A program made the translations under genes and the position numbers. The notes beneath the pieces are model-generated. The model was given only the letters and a program-made list of their open reading frames with translations. It was not told the DNA's origin and ran no database searches. From the IMG/VR virus record IMGVR_UViG_3300031248_000002: DNA of 64,000 nucleotides; one strand, given 5' to 3'. Positions 44,073 through 52,067 of the stretch are shown here, piece by piece (position 1 is the first letter of the stretch; every line of letters begins with the position of its first letter). Origin of the DNA: a virus.

Positions 44073-44225
44073 TTAGTGAAACAACAATTGCCACAACGAC
44101 CAAAGAATCAGCGGTGTGGCGATGAAAAGACAGATTAGGAATCTTTGTCTGTTTTCCGTGGACATTCGGTACGATTCTCTGAATCTGTCTTCCTCAGTCA
44201 AAAAAAACACTTCTTTCGGTTTCAT
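44073..44225 (-). CDS. small tail-anchored membrane protein (50 aa)
   Basis: It is below the ORF-track cutoff. Sequence MKPKEVFF...FLICLFIATPLILWSLWQLLFH. Confidence 0.35.
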   Translation of the reverse strand: MKPKEVFFLTEEDRFRESYRMSTENRQRFLICLFIATPLILWSLWQLLFH

Positions 44226-44352
44226 ACAATTCTCCATCGGTTTCTAGCTGCGAGTAAGTAATAAAAAGCACGACGAAGCAGCGTGCAACGCGCATAGCGA
44301 TTTGTTTTTCGCCTTCGTCGGCGCATCTCCCCGCGCCGCTTTGCGCGGTAAA

Positions 44353-45015
44353 TCACTTCGCGGGCAAAAGCTCAAACCAAAAATCGGTGTACGCGGGACC
44401 AAACGCCCGCATTGCGTACGCGGCTCGTTTTTCGTCCGCCCGCGCGTCGGCTAAACGCGCTAGTGTTGCGCGTCGATGGTCTGCGGCAAGGTTTGCGCGG
44501 TGTTCAGCGACCGCACGTTCTTGCGCGGGCGTCGGGCGGCCGTCTGCAAGCGTTGTGTCCGAGTCATGCAGGTAACGCGGCGCGGCGCTGGGGGCGTCGG
44601 GGGTAACGCGCACTTCACGTCCGACTTGGACGGCAGGGACACCTGCGGCAATAACGCGGCGCAGCAAACCGAGGTCAAACGGTTTCGCGCCCACGACGCG
44701 CGTCGTATCGGTGACCCAGTCGTCTTGTGCGAGGTCGCGGCGTCGTAAGACCGGGGTGGCCCGCGCTTGTGCGATTTCCGCAAGCCGCTTGTCCCGTTGT
44801 TTGTCCCCGGTGGCCGGACGCGCGTGCGCCCGTGGCGCGTCTAGAATCGCTACGATACTGGACGCATGGCGTGCGGGGATAACCGGGTCGCCGCGTTTTG
44901 GGCGCGGTCGGACGCTACGACGCGCAATTTCAGCTACCTCGGCTTCCCGTTGCGCGCGCGCAAGGCGTTCGATGATGCTGTACCGCGTGCGCGGAAGAGG
45001 TTTTACGCTACGCAT
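44353..45015 (-). CDS. Arg/Ala-rich hypothetical protein (220 aa) in a GC-rich patch
   Basis: ORF with an AGGAG SD. Local GC is visibly higher than in neighbours, and several shadow ORFs fall in the other frames. Confidence 0.5.
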   Translation of the reverse strand: MRSVKPLPRTRYSIIERLARAQREAEVAEIARRSVRPRPKRGDPVIPARHASSIVAILDAPRAHARPATGDKQRDKRLAEIAQARATPVLRRRDLAQDDWVTDTTRVVGAKPFDLGLLRRVIAAGVPAVQVGREVRVTPDAPSAAPRYLHDSDTTLADGRPTPAQERAVAEHRANLAADHRRATLARLADARADEKRAAYAMRAFGPAYTDFWFELLPAK

Positions 45016-45108
45016 TCTGGTTGCTCCTAGTCAACCCGCGCGCCATACGCGAAACAGCGCCGTAGCGTCTTACGTGTCGCGGACGCGCAGCTTCTAGGAA
45101 CGTGGGGT

Positions 45109-45489
45109 TTACTTCGCAGTCGCCGTTGCGGGCTTCGCGGTCGCCGGGACTTCGGCAAACGTCGATTCCAACGCTGTCAAGCTGACCGCGCCAACCGTCG
45201 CCGTGAGAACGATTTCCAGCACCTTGCCCCGTACTTCCGGCTCTGGCCAGTCGTTCGGCACGGTGTATTGAAAGCGGACGGGCAAACCACGCGTTGACAT
45301 GCAGAGCGGTTTTCCCTTCAGCTTGTTCGCGCCCTCACTGAGGGACGCTTCAAACGCGACGCCGACCGGAATCGCATGCACGATTTCGAGAACGCCATTG
45401 TTAACGCGCATACCAGCCGTCATGCGCGTTGCAGACGCCGCTTGTGCGCTGCCGCTCAGTGCACTTGCGATTGATTTCAATTTCGCCAC
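45109..45489 (-). CDS. hypothetical protein (126 aa, GTG start)
   Basis: An AGGAGG SD precedes the GTG. This is the first gene downstream of the repeat-rich control region. Confidence 0.5.
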   Translation of the reverse strand: MAKLKSIASALSGSAQAASATRMTAGMRVNNGVLEIVHAIPVGVAFEASLSEGANKLKGKPLCMSTRGLPVRFQYTVPNDWPEPEVRGKVLEIVLTATVGAVSLTALESTFAEVPATAKPATATAK

Positions 45490-45550
45490 GTGAAAACCTC
45501 CTGTCTTGCAAAATTCCGTCGCAAGAGAAACGCGCTGCGACGAGTCGCGA

Positions 45551-45623
45551 AGTGACCTTGTGCGGCGCAGGTGAGGACGGGCGCAAACCCAGGTCCGTCA
45601 GCTTCTGGCCGCACAAGGTCACT
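45551..45623. promoter_or_regulatory. 16-bp perfect inverted repeat (AGTGACCTTGTGCGGC / GCCGCACAAGGTCACT) with a 41-nt loop containing a nested GACGG/CCGTC hairpin
   Basis: Read directly from the sequence. The arms are 45551-45566 and 45608-45623. Confidence 0.8.
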
Positions 45624-45714
45624 CTCAGAGTATCACAGCGCGCCTGGCGATACAAGAACTTTTTGCAGCCTGCGCGGGGCGAACGGTGACGGGGAGTACA
45701 CAAGGCTAATACCC

Positions 45715-45830
45715 GTGCACTATTGCACTACGACTAACGCGCTACGACCTACGCACTACCAATACCGCGCACTACGCACTATCGCTACCTACGCGCTACT
45801 ACCTACCGCCTACTACCTACGTATCACAAA
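45715..45830. repeat. iteron-like array: seven GCRCTAY heptamers, three extended to CTACGCRCTAY, plus CTAC-rich tail
   Basis: Heptamers start at 45717, 45725, 45739, 45753, 45769, 45776 and 45793. The 11-mers start at 45749, 45772 and 45789. Confidence 0.8.
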
Positions 45831-46105
45831 TACCTAGTATTCCCAATACCCAGCGACCGCTTGCCGCGCGAGGTCGCAAGTATTCCCAAGAAGGTTCCAA
45901 GTGACCGGGGCCGGGGGTACAGACCCCCGAGGGGGCCGGGCGGAGAGCGGAAGCCAAGAAAGGCGACGAAGGAGCCTTTGACGCCCCGCGTATTCGCGGA
46001 GAAAAATTTCTGGCAATTTGCGCGGACACATTGCACGTTACGTCTCCAGACGTCTGCGGCGCGCGCGGCTTTACGCCTCCGGCTCCGGAAGCAGTAGAAT
46101 TAGGT

Positions 46106-47050
46106 ATGGGAGAAAACGCGTTTCTTGACGACATCGAATCCTTCGGGACGCCGGAGCGCGCGTTGCGCGAAACGATGCGTCGCGAGAAATCGGCGGTCGC
46201 GGGAAGCGGCATAGACAAAATCAAAGACTTACTCCGGTCGTGGTACGAGTCTGGTGACATCGGTGTCGGCCCGGAAGCGATGGGCGTCGGCGGTATGGTT
46301 AGTATGGCCCGCCCCGGAAGTCGCGCGTGGCCCAAGATACAAGAGCTATTCGGCGACTTCATAAACACGTATCCGAAAGTTAATCTGCAACGGTTCCAGA
46401 ACGAAAAGGCGGGAGAAGAAGTATACCGACGTGGCGGTGAATATTATCTTGGATTAGATCCGGATTCGCTTGTCGCGCCGCAGTACAAGAAACCCGCCAC
46501 GTATGGAGAAGGTGAGGGCGGCGAACTTCTGAAACTTCGTCAACTGGAATTTGAAAATCCGACATTCGTTTCGTCTAAAGGTTACACTCGGTCTTTTCTA
46601 GATCATTTCTTGGGTGAGAATATGGGGCGAGAATTAAAAACCGAGTTTTACAACGCTGTTGAATTACAAAAGGGCGAGATGGCAGAAACTGTTCGCCGTA
46701 AGGGTCGTCCGACTGACCCGGTCGCATATTTGCAGTCTGGTTTGCTTGGTAAAATCGGCGCGAAGCCAGAAGAGATTCGGCAAGCACTCTCGGCTCGTGA
46801 GACTCGGGATGCTCTGTACGATCTGTACAAAACTAAACTTCTGAAACGCGAAGGAATTGATGCAATAGTGCGGAAGCGTTTGAGCAGCATTAGCGAACCA
46901 GAAGTTTTCGTTGTCAATCCGCGAACGCCCAAATTACAACCGATAGGCCCGAACGAGTTAACTGAATTACCAGGAAATAGCTACAACCGAAAAGATACTC
47001 TGTATAAACTTCTCGAACGAACCGGATTGCTCGGTAAGCTTACGGAATAA
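46106..47050 (+). CDS. hypothetical protein (314 aa; could start at TTG 46031)
   Basis: It is the only + strand gene inside the early block. It diverges from the 45109 gene across the repeat region and converges on the 47053 gene. Confidence 0.5.
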   Translation: MGENAFLDDIESFGTPERALRETMRREKSAVAGSGIDKIKDLLRSWYESGDIGVGPEAMGVGGMVSMARPGSRAWPKIQELFGDFINTYPKVNLQRFQNEKAGEEVYRRGGEYYLGLDPDSLVAPQYKKPATYGEGEGGELLKLRQLEFENPTFVSSKGYTRSFLDHFLGENMGRELKTEFYNAVELQKGEMAETVRRKGRPTDPVAYLQSGLLGKIGAKPEEIRQALSARETRDALYDLYKTKLLKREGIDAIVRKRLSSISEPEVFVVNPRTPKLQPIGPNELTELPGNSYNRKDTLYKLLERTGLLGKLTE

Positions 47051-47052
47051 TG

Positions 47053-47253
47053 TCACGGCACGATCTTCCACAACCGTAACCACGCGCGGTACGCCGCGAG
47101 GTTTAGCTTGTCAAACTCGTCTAGGTTTTCTTTCGACATTGTCTCGCGAACGACCCCGGCGTAATCGAACGCCGCCGCCAGCACGGTTTCTCCCGGCAAA
47201 ACACCGCCCACGGCTAACTTGAACTCGCTAGGTAATTTTATTTCTTCCGGCAT
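47053..47253 (-). CDS. hypothetical protein (66 aa)
   Basis: ATG at 47253 follows a GAGGAG SD, 1 nt after the upstream stop. Confidence 0.45.
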   Translation of the reverse strand: MPEEIKLPSEFKLAVGGVLPGETVLAAAFDYAGVVRETMSKENLDEFDKLNLAAYRAWLRLWKIVP

Positions 47254-47254
47254 C

Positions 47255-47458
47255 TTAATTCTCCTCGTCTTCCGGGCGCATCGTCGCGCCAACCTCCACC
47301 AACGCTTTAACAGACCACTCGCCGCCGTCCTTCCATCCGCGCTCGTATCCGCGCTCCCAACCATGCCAGAACGCGCCGATTAGTCCGGCAACGGTAACTA
47401 CCGTCACCAAGCCTATCGCGGCTTGAACCTGCGTCAACGTCCACGTGTACGTTTCCAT
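47255..47458 (-). CDS. small membrane protein (67 aa)
   Basis: ATG at 47458 follows GAGGAGAGG. A TM segment AAIGLVTVVTVAGLIGAFW is present. Confidence 0.45.
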   Translation of the reverse strand: METYTWTLTQVQAAIGLVTVVTVAGLIGAFWHGWERGYERGWKDGGEWSVKALVEVGATMRPEDEEN

Positions 47459-47838
47459 ACGAATCCTCTCCTCGCCGCCCGCAATCGGGCAAAAGCTAAC
47501 CTTTGGCGCGGCGACCGTTCGCGTCGCGACTTCGCGCGGTGACATCGGATACACAACGTCTGCATATTCGCCAGATCGGTTTCCAAGTCCGGAAACTGGT
47601 ACCGGGGTTTAACATGGTCGGCGTCCCACCAAGTCCGGCGGGCCATTTGCTTAAGTGTAAGATTCAATACCTTCCGCTTCGGCCACCCGATCCGTCGGCC
47701 GGTTTCCGCCCGCCACGCTTCGTATTCGGCTTTCAACGCATCGGTATCAACAAAGCACACGGCGCAAACCCCGTGGTCTCTACGACTTAGAAAGTCCTTG
47801 GCGCGGGCTTGGAACTCAGTATCCCGTTTCGGTAACAT
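47434..47838 (-). CDS. HNH endonuclease (134 aa)
   Basis: It contains CAVC...WDADHVKP...NMQTLCIRCHRAKS. This is the first gene of the leftward block. Confidence 0.8.
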   Translation of the reverse strand: MLPKRDTEFQARAKDFLSRRDHGVCAVCFVDTDALKAEYEAWRAETGRRIGWPKRKVLNLTLKQMARRTWWDADHVKPRYQFPDLETDLANMQTLCIRCHRAKSRRERSPRQRLAFARLRAARRGFVWKRTRGR

Positions 47839-47977
47839 GAGAACACTTCTGGGCCTCTCTTCGTATAGACGTATAAAAGTTACTGTGGGTTACATTTATT
47901 TTCCGTCCCGCCTGTTTCCGTCTAACACACGACATCGCGGGGACTTATCGTGTATCATGTAATTAAGGAGAACGACG

Positions 47978-48589
47978 ATGGCGAAGCTACCCGGTGCGAC
48001 GATTCAAGCGAGTGTGTACGGTATCACGGATTCGGTGTTTAACGACCACATGCGTTTGGAGACTGTCAAGGACAACAAACAGGTGAAGTTGAATGCCCGC
48101 GATTTCTCGCAGACCTCGGGCGACTCCATCGCGTTTATAGCGCAGCCGAATCAGATCGCGACGACTACGGGCGAAGTGTTCGGCGGCCAGATCAAGCCGC
48201 GTCTCGCGTCCGGACTTTCCGCTGCGACCGTCAACGGACTTGGCATCGACTCTGAGCTAAAAGGCACCGGCGCGACCACTGTTACCTCGGACCTGCGCGG
48301 ATTGAACCTGTACATGGGCGCGGCGTCCGCCAACCACGTGATCGGCGGCGACGTTGTTGTGTTCCGGTCTCGCGCGGAGATCTCCACTAACCCAACTGGG
48401 CATATTGTTCTTCACAAAGTCGTGAACCACGAAGGGTCTCAGGGCTGGGACGGGTTTGTCAAGTTCGCGGAAGCGCTCGGGACGCATTCGATGACTACGA
48501 ACTCGGACAAAACCGGGAACGCAAAATCCGGAACGATCAAAGTCATCGCGAACAACACGTTGTATCATATTCAACTCTTCGCTGACTAA
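47978..48589 (+). CDS. virion structural protein candidate (203 aa)
   Basis: It is the first gene of the rightward late block, with an AAGGAG SD. No motif was recognised. Confidence 0.5.
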   Translation: MAKLPGATIQASVYGITDSVFNDHMRLETVKDNKQVKLNARDFSQTSGDSIAFIAQPNQIATTTGEVFGGQIKPRLASGLSAATVNGLGIDSELKGTGATTVTSDLRGLNLYMGAASANHVIGGDVVVFRSRAEISTNPTGHIVLHKVVNHEGSQGWDGFVKFAEALGTHSMTTNSDKTGNAKSGTIKVIANNTLYHIQLFAD

Positions 48590-48600
48590 GGAGCGACGAC

Positions 48601-49212
48601 GTGCCACATATTGATGGAATTCCGGTTCCTGAACAATTCGTTCGAGTTCGCGTGAACGCTCCTACGTTGGCGGCGACGAAAGCGATCACTGGCGCAACCA
48701 ACGCGTCGCCGATTGTTATCACGTCGAACGGCCACGGATACTCGAACGGTGACTTGATCTTGGTCGCAGGAGTCGAAGGCAATACGGCGGCTAACGGCTG
48801 GCGATTGGTAGCTAACAAAACTGCTAATACTTATGAGATCACAACGCTAGCCGGGATAAACGTAGCTGGGAACGGCGCATACACTCAGAACGGAACGTCC
48901 GCCAAAGCATCATCGGCGACTGCCGGTCTTGTCTCCTCACGTAGTATCCATTTGGTAAAGGTCCGATTGAACAACACAACCGGCGGTGCAATTACCTTTA
49001 ACCTCACAGATAATCTAAGCGGATCAACTTCCGTTTCTGGACCGAACTATCGGTACCAAGGTTTCTCTGTCGCCGCTAATACCGCGCCGAGTCCGAATCC
49101 GCCCGAAGGCTTCCATCCACCTGAACTCTGTGAGGAAGGAGCGGTATTTTACGCGTCTGCAACTGGGCTCGAAGTAACCGTCGAAGGATGGCGGCGACCG
49201 AACTTCACTTAA
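48601..49212 (+). CDS. virion structural protein candidate (203 aa, GTG start)
   Basis: It contains ITGATNASPIVITSNGHGYSNGDLILVAGVEGNTAANG, a small beta-domain motif common in phage head and tail accessory proteins. Confidence 0.5.
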   Translation: MPHIDGIPVPEQFVRVRVNAPTLAATKAITGATNASPIVITSNGHGYSNGDLILVAGVEGNTAANGWRLVANKTANTYEITTLAGINVAGNGAYTQNGTSAKASSATAGLVSSRSIHLVKVRLNNTTGGAITFNLTDNLSGSTSVSGPNYRYQGFSVAANTAPSPNPPEGFHPPELCEEGAVFYASATGLEVTVEGWRRPNFT

Positions 49213-49216
49213 CTTT

Positions 49217-49501
49217 ATGAAAATCACAACGTCCGTTCTGAATCAACGCGTTCAGGACATCGAGTCGCGACTCGAACAACTTCGCGCGGATTACAACGCT
49301 TACTTCGGTGCGTTGCAGGAAGTTAAATCGTGGCTGGCGTATCTGGACCGAGACGATCCGCCGCCGCCGGAACCACTGGAACTTCCGGTTCTGAACTTGG
49401 ATCAGCTTCAAGCGGCGCTAAATCCTCCGGCCGCACCTTCGGGTCCGGAAGATGCTTCCAATCCTTCCGCGCAACAATCCGCCAAATCTGTTGACGCGTA
49501 A
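49217..49501 (+). CDS. coiled-coil protein with Pro-rich tail (94 aa)
   Basis: ORF whose 3' half overlaps the convergent ORF 49323-49730. Confidence 0.4.
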   Translation: MKITTSVLNQRVQDIESRLEQLRADYNAYFGALQEVKSWLAYLDRDDPPPPEPLELPVLNLDQLQAALNPPAAPSGPEDASNPSAQQSAKSVDA

Positions 49502-49730
49502 TCATCACATCGCGGCTGTGCCGTAGGGTAAGCAGCGACGAGAAGTTCCGCGATAACTCGGCGGTCGAAAAACCGAGCATATACCCGGCGCGGATACCAC
49601 TCACGTCGTCGGCCGTCAGCTTCGCTGTCTGCACGCGTTCTCCGCGCCGCGTCGCTGGTAACCGGCGTAACTTAGTCTTCTTTTTCATTGAATCGAGCAG
49701 TTGATCCAGTTTGTGTTTTGGTCTGGGCAT
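49323..49730 (-). CDS. HTH DNA-binding protein (135 aa), antisense to the late operon
   Basis: LTADDVSGIRAGYMLGFSTAELSRNF...ITRQQIWRIVARKDWKHL resembles the HTH found in phage regulators and HNH-associated domains. Confidence 0.5.
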   Translation of the reverse strand: MPRPKHKLDQLLDSMKKKTKLRRLPATRRGERVQTAKLTADDVSGIRAGYMLGFSTAELSRNFSSLLTLRHSRDVMITRQQIWRIVARKDWKHLPDPKVRPEDLAPLEADPSSEPEVPVVPAAADRLGPDTPATI

Positions 49731-49805
49731 ACATCTCCTCTATCACAACTATACCACTTGGCACTTGCTTCCTCGCGCGCGGTATCTTTAACTTAGGAGA
49801 TAAAC

Positions 49806-50048
49806 ATGGCAGGAATCGGGTATTGTCTTAATCTGGTATTGGCTACTGGGAAGTACACCCCCACGGCGTTTCGCTCTACCGCGAACGACTTGACTCTCGC
49901 TTCCGGCGGGACTGCGATCACGATCCCGTGGGTGACTAACAACATGGAATCGACTCCGGCTACTGCCTCTGCGAATTTGAAGGTCGCGATTCAGGCTGGC
50001 GTCGCTGCGATTCTGAACGCTCTGGCGATCAACGGCGCGCCAGCGTAA
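49806..50048 (+). CDS. hypothetical small structural protein (80 aa)
   Basis: ORF with a TAGGAGA SD. Confidence 0.45.
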   Translation: MAGIGYCLNLVLATGKYTPTAFRSTANDLTLASGGTAITIPWVTNNMESTPATASANLKVAIQAGVAAILNALAINGAPA

Positions 50049-50426
50049 GTATGGTATATTTAGGTGTGGGATAGACGAGGCCATTGGCCGATGACTCTTC
50101 CCGCTTGTGCGGTCCTTTAGTGGCGTCCCGAGATAGCTTCTCACAGTGGCGTCAGGGGCCGCGTCGTCCGGCGACGGCCGGACTTTCCGCGCGCGTGACC
50201 GCTTCGTCTGCGGACGGGCGGTTTGGGACCGGCGGGTGAGTTGATGACTGCATCCGAGTACTCCGCGTTCCGTGGACGGCTTCGGCTCGTTGCTTGCCTT
50301 AGTAGTGGAACGGGCGTCTTTTCTCTGGTAGTTAAACAGCAAAGCCTCTGGCTGTAAACCAGATCGTCGAAGGTTCAAGCTATTCTTTTCAAAACCCGCG
50401 CTATTATTAAATAGAGGAATACAGCA

Positions 50427-51311
50427 ATGAGTGTGACACCGATTTATTCGGGCGGTACTATCGTCAACGACACCCATGCAGGCGATGCGACCAAGCAAGG
50501 GATCGCCAACTGGATCGAAGCGTCGTTACTAGCTGCTGGCTGGACTACCGTCTCGGGAAGCGGGACGGACGATCTACTTATGCAGAGCGCAACAACTCCA
50601 GTCGGCGAAGGCGGTATGGCAATGCGCGCTCGTATCCGAGGTGACCTGACGAACACGGTTACCTGCCGCTTGAAGAAGACGGATAACACACTGGAGACCG
50701 CTGCTTTCGGCCATTTGTTGCCCGATGCCGGTCGCGAATATCGGATCAACGCTCATAAGTACGGTTTCACCATCGCGTGTATCACACCGACGCAGTTCAC
50801 AGCGAATCGCTCTTTTATGTGGGCGCAGCTTCCTTCGCTACCAGCCTTTGAGGTACCAGACGCAAATCTACGAGCTTGTGGAGGGGGTATTGCTCTTAGT
50901 GATACAGATGCGAGTTTTCATACTTCGTTTAGAAACCAACCGAACTTTTCCAACGGCGGCGTCTGCGTCAAAATCGGCAACGGGCAGATCATGTCGATCG
51001 GCAATACAGGAGCAGGTGCGGATATCGGCGGCGTTCAATTTGAGATTCTAGAACCCTCTGTTGGCTCGGGTGGGCGCACCACTCTACGCTGGAATAGCGC
51101 AGACCGCTACGCTATGATTACGCCAGTCATAGCTTTTAGTCCGGACGGTAGCGGTCTAACCCGCGCTCGTAAACAAGGGTATCATTATAACGCTCTAATA
51201 TTACTAAAACCAAGTGTTGCTGCCGAACAGACCTTCTCTTATGATGGTAGGACATGGCGTTCCTGGTCAGATTCGGATGTTACTGGGTGCTTACTACTAG
51301 CGGAAACATAA
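50427..51311 (+). CDS. hypothetical structural protein (294 aa)
   Basis: ORF with an AGAGGAA SD. Confidence 0.55.
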   Translation: MSVTPIYSGGTIVNDTHAGDATKQGIANWIEASLLAAGWTTVSGSGTDDLLMQSATTPVGEGGMAMRARIRGDLTNTVTCRLKKTDNTLETAAFGHLLPDAGREYRINAHKYGFTIACITPTQFTANRSFMWAQLPSLPAFEVPDANLRACGGGIALSDTDASFHTSFRNQPNFSNGGVCVKIGNGQIMSIGNTGAGADIGGVQFEILEPSVGSGGRTTLRWNSADRYAMITPVIAFSPDGSGLTRARKQGYHYNALILLKPSVAAEQTFSYDGRTWRSWSDSDVTGCLLLAET

Positions 51312-51332
51312 GAAGACAAATGGCGGTGCCTC

Positions 51333-52067
51333 TTGTCAGCCAATGTAGCTATTCAACTGGAGATAATCAACGATCAGGCTGCGATAACTCCTGCCGCGAC
51401 TTCTATTGAGTATTTAGACTCGGCATTTACTTTACTGGATGTTCCAAGCGGTACTTTTCTGGTCGGCGGCTCCACTATAGGCGGCGAAGGACCTTTTTTG
51501 GACGGTAACTTCGGCCCGGATAATCAATTAGGCCCTTCTTATTTTGTCTTTGAACAACCGATTTTTAATGTTTACCTGCGGCAAACTTTGGATGCGGACA
51601 GTATTTGTACGCCCTGTCCTATACCGCCTCCGAACACAGATCCACCTTTACCTCCGATCTGGCCTTATCCAGTCGGTAACGTATATCAAAGGGAGCATTG
51701 GAGTATGGATATCCGAATGATTCGTTTAGACACCAAAGTAATCGAGTTCCTCGCGTTCAACGGCGACGGAACCGTTATGGATCTTACCGGGTGCGCCGTT
51801 CGATTCACCGTTAAATGGGATTACTTCGATGCCGATGCGAATGCGGTAATTAAACTGGATAACACGGCGCTGACGGGAGTAACAGTAGACTCTCCGGCGG
51901 CACTAGGTACCGGCCGGGTTACTATTCCAAAAACCGCGACCGCGTCGTTACCCGTGCATCGGTCCGACTTAGTGTACGATATAAAAGTGAAGAAACCGGA
52001 TACCTCGGAGCACACAGTAGCGCGCGGCGCGTTTATAGTGCTCCCTAACGCCACGGAGACGATCTAA
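51333..52067 (+). CDS. hypothetical structural protein (244 aa, TTG start uncertain)
   Basis: ORF with a TAATG overlap onto the fibre gene. Confidence 0.5.
   Translation: MSANVAIQLEIINDQAAITPAATSIEYLDSAFTLLDVPSGTFLVGGSTIGGEGPFLDGNFGPDNQLGPSYFVFEQPIFNVYLRQTLDADSICTPCPIPPPNTDPPLPPIWPYPVGNVYQREHWSMDIRMIRLDTKVIEFLAFNGDGTVMDLTGCAVRFTVKWDYFDADANAVIKLDNTALTGVTVDSPAALGTGRVTIPKTATASLPVHRSDLVYDIKVKKPDTSEHTVARGAFIVLPNATETI

Noticed and set aside
45715-45830. CRISPR-like array
   Set aside because: The repeat units are only 7-11 nt with irregular 1-9-nt gaps. The spacer architecture is wrong, and there are no cas genes.
45817-46368. 183-aa - strand ORF (and nested 65-78-aa ORFs) across the repeat region
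   Set aside because: It runs through the hairpin and iteron DNA and the 5' end of the + strand gene. Its composition is low-complexity, Pro/Ser/Arg-rich.
46106-47050. ADP-ribosyltransferase (R-S-E) reading of VYRRGG ... FVSSKGY ... ELQKGE
   Set aside because: The motif spacing is roughly compatible, but the residues around the putative STS and ExE do not match the usual context. This is pattern-matching on too few residues.
49788-50498. 236-aa - strand ORF spanning the 50-kb non-coding gap
   Set aside because: It is Arg/Ser-rich and overlaps the real genes 49806-50048 and 50427 onward at both ends. It is more likely a by-product of the GC-rich non-coding sequence.
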